A stretch of DNA of 64,000 bases from Candidatus Bathyarchaeia archaeon (GTDB lineage Archaea; Thermoproteota; Bathyarchaeia; Bathyarchaeales; Bathycorpusculaceae), in contig JBEKSS010000001.1 in NCBI GenBank assembly GCA_049516875.1, forward strand, positions 288,001-352,000. The letters run 5' to 3'. This document shows positions 29,775 through 38,821 of the stretch, piece after piece. Numbering within the stretch: position 1 is the stretch's first letter; every line of letters begins with the position of its first letter. The position numbers and the translations under genes are program-made. The notes under the pieces are model-generated. The model saw only the letters and a list, made by a program, of their open reading frames with translations. It was not told where the DNA came from and searched no databases.

Positions 29775-31076
29775 TTGAGGCTGAGAGCCATGACAAAACC
29801 AAGAATATTCTTAATGCCCATCGGAAAGGTTACTTCAAAAGATATCGAAGATGATGAGAGATCTGCGGTAGAGAATCTAGAATCTCTTGATGCAGACATA
29901 GTTCAAACAGAACCTATATACGATGAGAAAGAGATAACCCGCAGCGTCAGAGATCTGCAGGCCAAGGAAATCGATCTCCTCGTTCTGCTATCGCTCCATG
30001 GAGCCAGTGCTCCTTTATTAGTTTTGGCTGCTGAAAATTCTGGTCTCAGGACTGTGATATGGGCTCTTCCGACTCGATACTCCTTACCGACTTGTGCTAG
30101 CGCGATTGGCGCTCTAATGGAAAAGGACGTTAAGTCCGAGCTTGTCTACGGAGCTGCCTCTGACAAGAAAGTCACACAACGAATTATACAACTAGCGAGA
30201 ATTGGTTACACTATCAACAGACTGAAGAGAGCCCGAATAGGGACTATCGGAGGAGTGTTTGCTCTCCTGACCGCATCCTACTACGACAGAAACATTCTTC
30301 GACACAGGATAGGGCCTGATGTTGTCCGAATTCCTATGTCAGATTACAAGCAAATTGTTTTGGAGACAACGGAAGAAGAGGCTGCCAAAGCGATTGAAAA
30401 TATCCCGAAGGACATTAAAGTAGAAGTCGAAAGCGGACTTCTTATCCAGTCAATGCGCCAACACTTGGCGTTGAAGAAGATTGCGAACGCGCGCGGGCTC
30501 GAGGGGATCTGCCTTGAATGCCATTCTGAGATGATAAAAGAATTCAAAGTTAACCCGTGTCTAGGTTTTATTGATGACTCATACACAATTGGTTGTGAGG
30601 GAGATGTTGTCATTTGTGTGGCAGCATTAATGATCCTATACCTTACAGGCAAACAGTCCCTAATCAGCGACCCCTTTACTATTGATCCTGAAAGTGTGAT
30701 GACTATGCTTCACTGTGCCGGCCCTGCTTCACTCTGCGAAGATTGCGGCGATGTGAGCATAAAAACGGGCCAATCACCATCCCATGTTGGAGAACCAATC
30801 CCCCTAGCTATGTGCAGACCACAACTTCAAGAAGGAAAAGAAGTGACCTTACTAAGATTGTATGGTTCCTATATGGACAAAATGCACTTTGCCTTAGGCA
30901 AGGTAGTATCATGTCTAAATGACACGACTTTGGACCTCAAAATCAAACTTGTCGGAGGCAAAGATACATTTATTCAAAATATCTCCGGCAATCATTACAT
31001 CGTGGCAATGGGGGATATCAGAAACGATCTAAGAGCGCTGTGCAAAGAAATGAGAATTGATGCAATCGAAAGCTAG
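29775..31076 (+). CDS. L-fucose/L-arabinose isomerase-like protein (COG2407)
   Basis: L..ARIG.IG, CLECH, PCLG...GCEGD, SDP, LHC.GP, TLLRL, GNHY....GD. Probable start is ATG at about 29790. Confidence 0.75.
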   Translation: MRLRAMTKPRIFLMPIGKVTSKDIEDDERSAVENLESLDADIVQTEPIYDEKEITRSVRDLQAKEIDLLVLLSLHGASAPLLVLAAENSGLRTVIWALPTRYSLPTCASAIGALMEKDVKSELVYGAASDKKVTQRIIQLARIGYTINRLKRARIGTIGGVFALLTASYYDRNILRHRIGPDVVRIPMSDYKQIVLETTEEEAAKAIENIPKDIKVEVESGLLIQSMRQHLALKKIANARGLEGICLECHSEMIKEFKVNPCLGFIDDSYTIGCEGDVVICVAALMILYLTGKQSLISDPFTIDPESVMTMLHCAGPASLCEDCGDVSIKTGQSPSHVGEPIPLAMCRPQLQEGKEVTLLRLYGSYMDKMHFALGKVVSCLNDTTLDLKIKLVGGKDTFIQNISGNHYIVAMGDIRNDLRALCKEMRIDAIES

Positions 31077-31087
31077 CAGCAAATATA

Positions 31088-31099
31088 GAGCGCGCTAAC
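31088..31099. repeat. GC junction motif GAGCGCGCTAAC
   Basis: Between convergent genes; reads GTTAGCGCGC on the minus strand. Confidence 0.6.
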
Positions 31100-31147
31100 T
31101 GGACGAACTGCGGTGACCTGACTCATAGTTTCTATGAAAACGCGAGC

Positions 31148-32098
31148 CTAGCCTTTGCTGGCTCTGCTTCGAAGCCAGTCTATATAATCTGGGACGGCCT
31201 TCTCTATATCATATTGAGGCTGGTAACCCAAGTCATCCTGTGCTCTGCTCATGTCAAAATATGGCAAGGCTTCCTCAATTCCCGGTCCGATGTTTACGCT
31301 GATGTTTGGAAGCACTTGCTTGATGACCTTGATGATTTCGTCCACGGTTGTAAGTTTACCGCTTGAAACGTGGTACAACCTGTATTTTGGTTTCTCTTTT
31401 TCATAAGCAAGAAGTACGCCTCGAACGACATCTTTAATGTACGTATAATCCTTGCGTGTTTCACGTCCTTTCTCCATCTCTATCGTGCCGTCACTTAAGG
31501 CGCTATGAATGAACCAATCTATTGGTTGAGCACCTGCGATGAATGGTTTTCTAAACGGTCTTTGTCCAGGTCCATAGACATTTGTGAACCTAACGATTAC
31601 TGTATCGACTCCAAATCGTTCATTGTAATAGAGGCAAAGTTGTTCGGCCACAAACTTCGATAGTCCATAGATTTCGTGAAAAGGAAGGGCAGACGGGTCG
31701 CTTTCCTTCACTTTGACAAGACCTCTATCACCACAAGCTGAAACTGTACTGCAGAAGACGACTCTCTTGAAGTTCAGCAACCGAGCAGCTTCCAGTATGG
31801 TCAACGTCCCTCCTACATTGATCTTCATCGTTTGGAGTGGCATATCCTCGGAGCCTGTCGAAGGCATTATCGCGATTGTGTGAATGGCGCCCTCAATATT
31901 GTGTTGTTTCGCTAGATGCAGAATCCTAGACAAGTCAAGTATGTCTCCCTTCACTACTTCCACTTTGCCAAAAAGATGTGGCGGAGGCGGGGCAGCATCA
32001 TATCCAACTGCGCTTTTTCCTTCTTTCACGAGAGCCTGAAGAATATTTGACCCGACAAAACCGGAAGCACCTGTTACAAGTACACCCATGGATGTCAT
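31148..32098 (-). CDS. NAD-dependent epimerase/dehydratase (extended SDR)
   Basis: TGASGFVG, YGLSK, RFTNVYGPG, DYTYIKD. Confidence 0.92.
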   Translation of the reverse strand: MTSMGVLVTGASGFVGSNILQALVKEGKSAVGYDAAPPPPHLFGKVEVVKGDILDLSRILHLAKQHNIEGAIHTIAIMPSTGSEDMPLQTMKINVGGTLTILEAARLLNFKRVVFCSTVSACGDRGLVKVKESDPSALPFHEIYGLSKFVAEQLCLYYNERFGVDTVIVRFTNVYGPGQRPFRKPFIAGAQPIDWFIHSALSDGTIEMEKGRETRKDYTYIKDVVRGVLLAYEKEKPKYRLYHVSSGKLTTVDEIIKVIKQVLPNISVNIGPGIEEALPYFDMSRAQDDLGYQPQYDIEKAVPDYIDWLRSRASKG

Positions 32099-32270
32099 GA
32101 GCCAACACCTGCTGAACTGATTGGAATACAGTAGTCAAATAATAAACTTATCGCAATGCGACGTTTAACGACAAGCTCATACTTCAACATACAATTCTTT
32201 TAGAATCGTCGGCCAGAGTTGAACAGTGCTTAAACCTAGACCCAAGGCCTCAAACGAGCTTCCAGACATT

Positions 32271-32456
32271 TCATGATTGAAACATAATGACTTTACGATC
32301 AAGTACTGCGAATTTGTTTCCACCTAGTTCAAGAAGCATTCTGACAATTTCCATATCATAAATATCCCTGAAAGCCCCTTTGTTCGCATATGCTGCAAGA
32401 ACCTCACCTATAAACATCGTGTGATCGCCAGTGTAGAATTCATTACGTAGCCTGCA
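32271..32456 (-). pseudogene. Flavin reductase (DIM6/NTAB) C-terminal fragment
   Basis: CRLRNEFYTGDHTMFIGEVLAAYANKG...LGGNKF...*; the 5' part is missing and the fragment starts at the left end of the MITE. Confidence 0.8.
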
Positions 32457-32457
32457 C

Positions 32458-32645
32458 TAGCGCGCATGCGTGTTCCTAAAATGGTCAAAAATCGTCATAA
32501 TTCCATTTTGCACGTTTCTGCCGCGTTCGAGGAAAACAAGTACCTATGAAGATCAAGGACAGATATTGAGCCCAAAACCCTGCCTAAACCATGAAACCCG
32601 AATAAAAACCATTTTAGGCCAATTTCGGAACAAGCATGCGCGCTA
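32458..32645. mobile_element. 188-bp MITE-like element with about 38-bp imperfect TIRs starting TAGCGCGCATGC
   Basis: Left end TAGCGCGCATGCGTGTTCCTAAAATGGTCAAAAATCG; right end (reverse complement) TAGCGCGCATGCTTGTTCCGAAATTGGCCTAAAATGG. No coding capacity. Confidence 0.75.
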
Positions 32646-33201
32646 TTCCTTTTCTGTCTTTAACGCTCAAAGTTATGTCTGTTCCTCCAGGAGAGGTAAC
32701 CCTTGCTTGATTGGCTTTTGTAATCCACTCTGCGATTTTCCTCGTTTCCTCGTCTATCTCACGGTAGTCTGAAGTCATCGGTCCGCTGGGATAAAACATT
32801 TCAGCGACAAACATAGGCATGCTTAGAACTCGCGTTCCAGCTTTGCAAGCGTTCACTCTAGCATCAGTGTGAGTCAATGAATAGGTCGTTATGGCGACCG
32901 CCACGTCGGCACTTTTCATTTTGTCTTCAACTTCCTTTCCTGGATAGGTTCCGTGTTTGCCAATTGAGGGGTAGGTGAAGAACTTCGCTGTTTTTGGGAA
33001 ACTTTTCGGCCGCAATCTCGCTGACCGTCTTGGCAAGGATTGACCTTTCCATGACTTCAGCCAGCTTTGCGCTTATCTTGGTTTTCCATTCTTCAGCTGT
33101 AGGATTGTCGGTGATCACTACGATTTTTTCGCCGTCTTTCAGACCATGTTCACTTTGAGCATGTTGACGGTACCCTTAACAAGTTTCGCTTTGTCAATCA
33201 T
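32644..33201 (-). pseudogene. AmpS-like aminopeptidase pseudogene, paralogue of 22653..23693
   Basis: MIDKAKLVKGTVNMLKVNM/LKDGEKIVVITDNPTAEEW.../YPSIGKHG...TTYSLTHT...SPGGTD. Two frameshifts; similarity stops at the right end of the MITE. Confidence 0.88.
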
Positions 33202-33311
33202 TTTGGTCACAGCATCATGGTTGCTTAAATATCCGTGAACTAGCTATGTTCAAAAAGCTTATAAGATTTCCGATATGCCCTTCTAGACAGAACCCCACGC
33301 GAGGTTAGATT

Positions 33312-33812
33312 GTGAAAGATGAGTCTTTAATGGATGCTATCAAGCAGCGGAGAAGCGTGCGGAGATACAAGGAGAAACCTTTTCCGATGGAAGAATTAAC
33401 TTCACTGGTCGAGGCGGCTCGTTGGGCTCCTTCTGCAGGAAACTCGCAGCCTTGGGAGTTTTTGCTGATAAACGATGAGGACATGCTGAGGGCCCTTAAG
33501 TCGGTGTCTCCAGGATGGCTCAAACAGGCTCCAGCGCTCGTAGTGACGTGTACAAACAAGAAAAGGAAGACGGACTGGAGCTTAATGGACGTTGGAGCGG
33601 CGATGCAGAACATCCTGTTGTACGCGCACTCTAGGGAGTATGGCTGTTGCCCAATCGGCAGTTTCGTAGTTGAGACGGTCAAAGAACTGTTGGAGTTGCC
33701 ACCGCATCTCGAGCCCGTGCTTTTCATTACTGTAGGGTATCCTGATGAGAAGCCACCAGCTACAAAGCGTTTGTCAACAGACGAGCTTGTTTTCAAGAGG
33801 GTTGGAAAGTGA
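33312..33812 (+). CDS. Nitroreductase family protein
   Basis: RRSVRRY, AARWAPSAGNSQPWEF, D.GAAMQN.LL.A, GYP. Confidence 0.92.
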   Translation: MKDESLMDAIKQRRSVRRYKEKPFPMEELTSLVEAARWAPSAGNSQPWEFLLINDEDMLRALKSVSPGWLKQAPALVVTCTNKKRKTDWSLMDVGAAMQNILLYAHSREYGCCPIGSFVVETVKELLELPPHLEPVLFITVGYPDEKPPATKRLSTDELVFKRVGK

Positions 33813-34114
33813 CAACGAAGAAGGCGGATGATTATCTTTTTGAGATAACCTGCTTCGTGATAGCAAGTGCCGAGCGAGCAATAGGACCAGAGAGCGGCTA
33901 CGGAGCCTGCCGCCTCGTGCAGACCCTCTACATGCTGTCTTTCCTCCCAGATTACGTTGACATGAAGGGAAACGACTTGTTAATGAGGGTCAGGGCCTAT
34001 GTGGATGCGGATACTCAGAACTTCTGGCGTGAACCCCAGCTCAAGCAGTTTCTCGCAGAGCTGAGCCAGCAACTAGCGAAGGAGATCAAAAAACAGAAGA
34101 ATCTTGAAAAATAG
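33809..34114 (+). CDS. DUF6092-like small protein
   Basis: LFE..CF.I.SA......YG..RL; translationally coupled to the nitroreductase. Confidence 0.55.
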   Translation: MTTKKADDYLFEITCFVIASAERAIGPESGYGACRLVQTLYMLSFLPDYVDMKGNDLLMRVRAYVDADTQNFWREPQLKQFLAELSQQLAKEIKKQKNLEK

Positions 34115-34158
34115 CGGCGTGCCCAAGTCTTAAATACCTTTTTTCGCAGATTAAGAGC

Positions 34159-34884
34159 TTGGTAATCAATTTGCTAAAGATCTTATATATAAACCCGGTC
34201 GGCACGAGTGCCTTCGACACGCATATGCTGGACACGATAAATGAAGTCAAGAGAACTGATGCAAAACCCAAGGTTGTTTCTCTGCGCAAGGGTCCAGTCC
34301 ACTTAGAATACCACTACTACGAGCATTTGAATCTCGGTGAAACTCTAGGATGGGTGAGGTGGGCGGAGAAGGAAGGTTACGATGCGGTCGTCATTGGCTG
34401 TTTCTACGACCCGGGATTGAGGGAAGCCAGAGAACTCGTTTCAATTCCTGTGATTTTCCCGGCAGAGGCTACAATGCATGTGGCCGCGACTCTTGGGCAC
34501 AAGTTTTCCATAATTGTGAGCAGGCGGAAATCCATTCCCAGGATGGAGAGCAACGTGTACATCTATGGACTTGAGAGGAAGCTTGCCTCGTTCAGGTCGG
34601 TAGAGTTCACTGTTCCAAGGATGGGCTCCGAACCTGAGAAACTGGAAAAGGCAATATTGAAAGAGGCCAAGAAGGCAATTGAAGAGGACGGCGCGGAAGT
34701 CATAGTTCTAGGGTGCACGCTGCTGTCTGAATTCATGAAGGAGCTGACGAAAAAGTTGAAGGTGCCGGTTCTGGACGCTGTTGTGACTTCGTGGAAGTTC
34801 GCTGAAATGATGGCTGATTTGCACCGCAAGGTTGGACTGGCACACTCAAGACTCTACGGGTACGAACCTCCACCAGACGTGTAG
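34159..34884 (+). CDS. Asp/Glu/hydantoin racemase family protein
   Basis: INP, DAVVIGCFYDPGL.EARE, IVLGCT (two catalytic Cys). Confidence 0.9.
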   Translation: MVINLLKILYINPVGTSAFDTHMLDTINEVKRTDAKPKVVSLRKGPVHLEYHYYEHLNLGETLGWVRWAEKEGYDAVVIGCFYDPGLREARELVSIPVIFPAEATMHVAATLGHKFSIIVSRRKSIPRMESNVYIYGLERKLASFRSVEFTVPRMGSEPEKLEKAILKEAKKAIEEDGAEVIVLGCTLLSEFMKELTKKLKVPVLDAVVTSWKFAEMMADLHRKVGLAHSRLYGYEPPPDV

Positions 34885-34899
34885 CGCGCGCTAAGGCGC
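34882..34899 (-). repeat. GC junction motif, perfect TAGCGCGCGCTA plus AGGC
   Basis: Overlaps the racemase TAG stop; reads GCGCCTTAGCGCGCGCTA on the minus strand. Confidence 0.8.
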
Positions 34900-35045
34900 A
34901 AATATGTTTCTTGCATCACCTGATGCTCAAACTGTTTTTCGGGGTACTTCACATACTACGTGATCCGCCCAAAACACTGTGAGATCAAAGAAAGACTTTT
35001 AGGGGCTTCTTGAGATGCTAGTTATCTGTTCTGAGATGATTCCAA

Positions 35046-36467
35046 ATGCAGGAAGATGCTCTGGCAGAAGAACTTGATTACATTTTTAATCCAAGGTCAA
35101 TCGCAGTGATTGGTGCCTCAACAGAACCAAAAAAACTCGGAAACAGAATATTGAATAACCTGATAAACAGAAAATATACCGGCAAGTTATTCCCAATAAA
35201 CCCGCGCGACAGGGAAATAATGGGCTTCCAAGCCTACTCTAAGGTTGTTGAGGTCCCGGAAACGATAGACGTAGCGGTAATCGTTGTGCCTGCGTCAGCT
35301 GTTCTGCAGGCCATGGAAGAATGTGTCAAGAAAGGTGTTAGAGGAGCTGTGATAATCACGTCAGGTTTTGCAGAAACAGGCGTAAAAGGAAGAGAGTTGC
35401 AGGAGAGAATGGCTGAGGTAGCACATAAAGGAGGATTAAGGTTTGTGGGGCCAAATTGCGAAGGAATCTTCAACGCATCAGCAAACGTAGATATGACATT
35501 CGCACCAAAATCCCCGAAAAAGGGAGGCATTTCATTCATTTCCCAAAGCGGGGCTATCGGGGCAAATACAATGTTTCGCTGGGGCGCTGAACGAGGCGTA
35601 GGATTCAACGTGTTTTGCAGTTCCGGCAACGAGGCCGATCTCAGCTCAGCTGATTACCTTCAATACGTCGGCCAAGACGAGGATACCAGAGTCGTCATGA
35701 TGTATGTTGAAGGAATAAAGAAAGGGAGGCTATTCTTTGAGGTAGCTAAGAGAACTTCACAAACGAAACCTATCGTACTGATGAAAGGGGGACAAACAGA
35801 GGCTGGAAGCAGAGCTGTATCATCGCACACTGGAGTTCTCTCAGGCTCGAGTGTCATTTTCGACACTGTCTGTAGACAGACGGGTATAGTGAAAGTTGAC
35901 GATGTTGACGAACTTTTCGATGTTTCTATGACGTTTGAAACTCAACCACTCCCTAAAGGAAGCAATGTTGGAATAGTGACAGGTGCAGGCGGTGGCATGG
36001 GAGTTGTTGCAGTTGATGCCTGCATAAAGCGAGAATTGTACGTCCCTGTATTCTCCGAGAACACCATTGCCCAGCTGAAAGCCAGTCTGCCTCCCTACGC
36101 TCCGGTCAACAATCCGGTCGATCTTACACCTCCCTTTGATCCCGCGCGCCTAGTCAAATGTACTGAAATAGTACTCCAAGACGAGAAAATAGACTCAGTG
36201 ATCTCAATGGGCTTTGGCTGGAGAACAGACATGGTTTCGGTTGAACTAGCGGCTGTTGAAGAATTCCTCGGGTTGAAAAAATACGGGAAACCAATCGTTA
36301 TGGTATCGGTCGCCAGCAAATGCGAATTTGAAACTTTGAGAAAGCTTGAAGCCGAAGGTATACCTGTTTTCCTTACGCCAGGAAAAGCCTCAAGGGCGAT
36401 TGCAGCTTTGGTTCAATATCAAAAATTCAAAAGCAAACAAAAAGGGTATTCTGAGACTCGCCTCTAG
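35046..36467 (+). CDS. acdA: Acyl-CoA synthetase (NDP-forming) alpha subunit
   Basis: P.SIAVIGAS, GPNC.G, SQSG, GNEAD, SHTG (phospho-His), NPVD. Confidence 0.92.
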   Translation: MQEDALAEELDYIFNPRSIAVIGASTEPKKLGNRILNNLINRKYTGKLFPINPRDREIMGFQAYSKVVEVPETIDVAVIVVPASAVLQAMEECVKKGVRGAVIITSGFAETGVKGRELQERMAEVAHKGGLRFVGPNCEGIFNASANVDMTFAPKSPKKGGISFISQSGAIGANTMFRWGAERGVGFNVFCSSGNEADLSSADYLQYVGQDEDTRVVMMYVEGIKKGRLFFEVAKRTSQTKPIVLMKGGQTEAGSRAVSSHTGVLSGSSVIFDTVCRQTGIVKVDDVDELFDVSMTFETQPLPKGSNVGIVTGAGGGMGVVAVDACIKRELYVPVFSENTIAQLKASLPPYAPVNNPVDLTPPFDPARLVKCTEIVLQDEKIDSVISMGFGWRTDMVSVELAAVEEFLGLKKYGKPIVMVSVASKCEFETLRKLEAEGIPVFLTPGKASRAIAALVQYQKFKSKQKGYSETRL

Positions 36468-37450
36468 CGAAGCGCGTCCTTGTTGACCAAGTTGACAGGT
36501 GTTTTGCCATTGAGTGCTCTGACAACGTCTTCGGCCAGGGTGACTATCATTTTGATTCTAGAGTCTTTTGTATGACCTGCAACATGTGGTGTCACAACCA
36601 AATTCTGCAGTTTGAGGATAGGGTCAGTTGCTCTAATCGGCTCTTCTTCAAAGACATCCAAGGCTGCGCCGGCTATTCTTCTGCCTTCTAATGCTGCATA
36701 TAAAGCTCTTTGATCCACTACTCCACCACGAGATGTGTTAATGAAGTATGCGGTTTTCTTCATCGCTTTGAATTCTTCTTCACCGAACATGCGCTCTGTC
36801 TCTTTTGCAAGAGCAACATGCACCGTTATGAAATCTGCTTCCTTTAGCAGAGTTTGAAGATCAGTGTACTCAATTCCAAGCTCCTTTTCTGCATCAGCCT
36901 TTCTTCTTCGACTCTGGTACACGATGCGCATGTTGAGGCCTTTTGCCTTCCGAGCAACAGCCATGCCTATCGTTCCTAAGCCCACTATACCAAGTGTCTT
37001 CCCAGCCAAGTCTATGTTTTTGGGAAGAAGCTTGTCTCTTATGCCCCAGTTTCCTTTCCTGACTTCTCTGTCGAATTCCAAAAGGTTCTTTGCCATCGCA
37101 AGGATCAAGCAGAGAACGTGTTCTGCCACTGAATCGGTGTTCATAACGGGCAGATTGACGACCATTATCTTCTTCCCAGTTGCCGCCACAACGTCTATGT
37201 TATCCACGCCTACCCCAGTTCTTGCTATCACTTTCAGCTTGTCGGCGCTCTCGATGATTCTTCCTGTGATCTTTGCCATGCGCACAACTATGGCGTCTGT
37301 GTCTTTTGCCTCTTTGATGAGATTGTCTTCAGATGTACCTGATGCTACATTGATTGTGCCCATTTTTCTTAGGATGTCAAGACCAGCATTGTCCACTAGT
37401 TCGATCAGGGGCTCAGTTAGTAATATCTTCATTTTTCGTTCTCCCAACAT
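36464..37450 (-). CDS. D-isomer-specific 2-hydroxyacid dehydrogenase (SerA/GyaR-like, no ACT domain)
   Basis: GVGVDNID, SVAEH, GLGTIG, INTSRG, LDVF..EP, TPH.AG. Confidence 0.92.
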   Translation of the reverse strand: MLGERKMKILLTEPLIELVDNAGLDILRKMGTINVASGTSEDNLIKEAKDTDAIVVRMAKITGRIIESADKLKVIARTGVGVDNIDVVAATGKKIMVVNLPVMNTDSVAEHVLCLILAMAKNLLEFDREVRKGNWGIRDKLLPKNIDLAGKTLGIVGLGTIGMAVARKAKGLNMRIVYQSRRRKADAEKELGIEYTDLQTLLKEADFITVHVALAKETERMFGEEEFKAMKKTAYFINTSRGGVVDQRALYAALEGRRIAGAALDVFEEEPIRATDPILKLQNLVVTPHVAGHTKDSRIKMIVTLAEDVVRALNGKTPVNLVNKDALR

Positions 37451-37478
37451 TAAAAAGAAGAGAGTAGATTTGTGAAGG

Positions 37479-38678
37479 TTACTTCCCGCGTAGTTGGTTG
37501 ACGATAGATTTGAATTCTTCGTCGGAAACTAGTCCCTTTTTGCTTTCTCCTAAAGCTTTCACTTTGCCTAGTATTGGTTCAATCTGTTCTTCAGGCACGG
37601 TTATTCCGAGATTCTTCAGTTTCCATTCAATGGAGTGTCTTCCGCTCTTCTTTCCCAGGACTATTTCCCTTTTGCCGCCAACGAGTTCAGGAACAAAGCT
37701 TTCAACAGCTGGTGGATAGCTTATCAATTGCATTACAGTGACGCCAGATTCTCTCTTGAACACGTTCTCGCCCACGACGGGCTTAAACGGTGGCATTCTA
37801 ACTCCTGATAATCGTTCGACAAGCTTCGAAGTCTGAACCAGCTTATCATACTTCAATCCAACGTCAATTCCGTACAGAAGATATAGTGACAGCGCTAGTT
37901 CGCTGAGGTCTGTGTTACCAGCTTTCTCACCTAGACCATTTATTGTCACGTGCGCCCATTCAGCGCCTGCTTTTATAGCTGCAAGTTCACACGCTGTGCT
38001 AAGCCCAAAATCGTTGTGGCAGTGAATATGAATCGGAACCTTGAACCATTCTTTGAATTTCTTGGTCAAGTAGTACATTGCCTCTGGAAGGGCTACTCCA
38101 AGCGTATCCACAACTATGAGCTCATCAGCTTTTCCTTCGTTCACCGCCGCGGTATTGATTGTCTTTAGAAAATCCAGATCAGCTCTTGTCATATCGACAG
38201 AAAAGAATGCTGTGTGAAGACCATGGTCTTTAGCGTACTTTAAGGTCTCTACAGCGCGCGTCAAGGCTTTTTCTCTGTCCATGCCGTAAGCCTTGAATTT
38301 CAGCTCACTGGTCGCGATTTCACATACTACAGCATCGACATCTGCCTCTAGACAGGCATCGACGTCTGTTTTGATGCATCTACAGAAACCCCAGACTTCA
38401 GCGCTCAATCCTAGATTCGCTATGGCTTTAACAGCAGCCTTGTCTTCTGGAGAGACAACAGGCATCCCTGCCTCGATCCTCTGTACACCGAGTCCGTCCA
38501 ATGCCTTCGCTATTTTCACTTTTTCTTCCTTTTTGAAAACGACTCCAGGGGTTTGTTCTCCGTCTCTCAAAGTCACATCATAAAAACCCACTTTCTCGGG
38601 CAAATTCATTCCGCGTCTAACTTCATCAATGGAGTTAAATGGGCTCACCCACCACTTTTCTTCCAAATGTATCACCAT
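37479..38678 (-). CDS. DRE-TIM Claisen synthase (homocitrate/isopropylmalate/citramalate synthase family), no regulatory domain
   Basis: DVTLRDGEQTPG, HCHNDFG, NGLGEKAGN, LGKKSG. Confidence 0.88.
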   Translation of the reverse strand: MVIHLEEKWWVSPFNSIDEVRRGMNLPEKVGFYDVTLRDGEQTPGVVFKKEEKVKIAKALDGLGVQRIEAGMPVVSPEDKAAVKAIANLGLSAEVWGFCRCIKTDVDACLEADVDAVVCEIATSELKFKAYGMDREKALTRAVETLKYAKDHGLHTAFFSVDMTRADLDFLKTINTAAVNEGKADELIVVDTLGVALPEAMYYLTKKFKEWFKVPIHIHCHNDFGLSTACELAAIKAGAEWAHVTINGLGEKAGNTDLSELALSLYLLYGIDVGLKYDKLVQTSKLVERLSGVRMPPFKPVVGENVFKRESGVTVMQLISYPPAVESFVPELVGGKREIVLGKKSGRHSIEWKLKNLGITVPEEQIEPILGKVKALGESKKGLVSDEEFKSIVNQLRGK

Positions 38679-38821
38679 TATTTCAAAAACCCTTTGAAAA
38701 CTGGGGTTAATAAGCTTTGATCAGCGAGTTACAAGATTGGATAAGTCTCTGAAGGTGGATTGCGTGCTTGCTCTGAAAAGAATGGGGTTTGCGATGAAAA
38801 CTTGCAAAAAGTCGGATGTTC

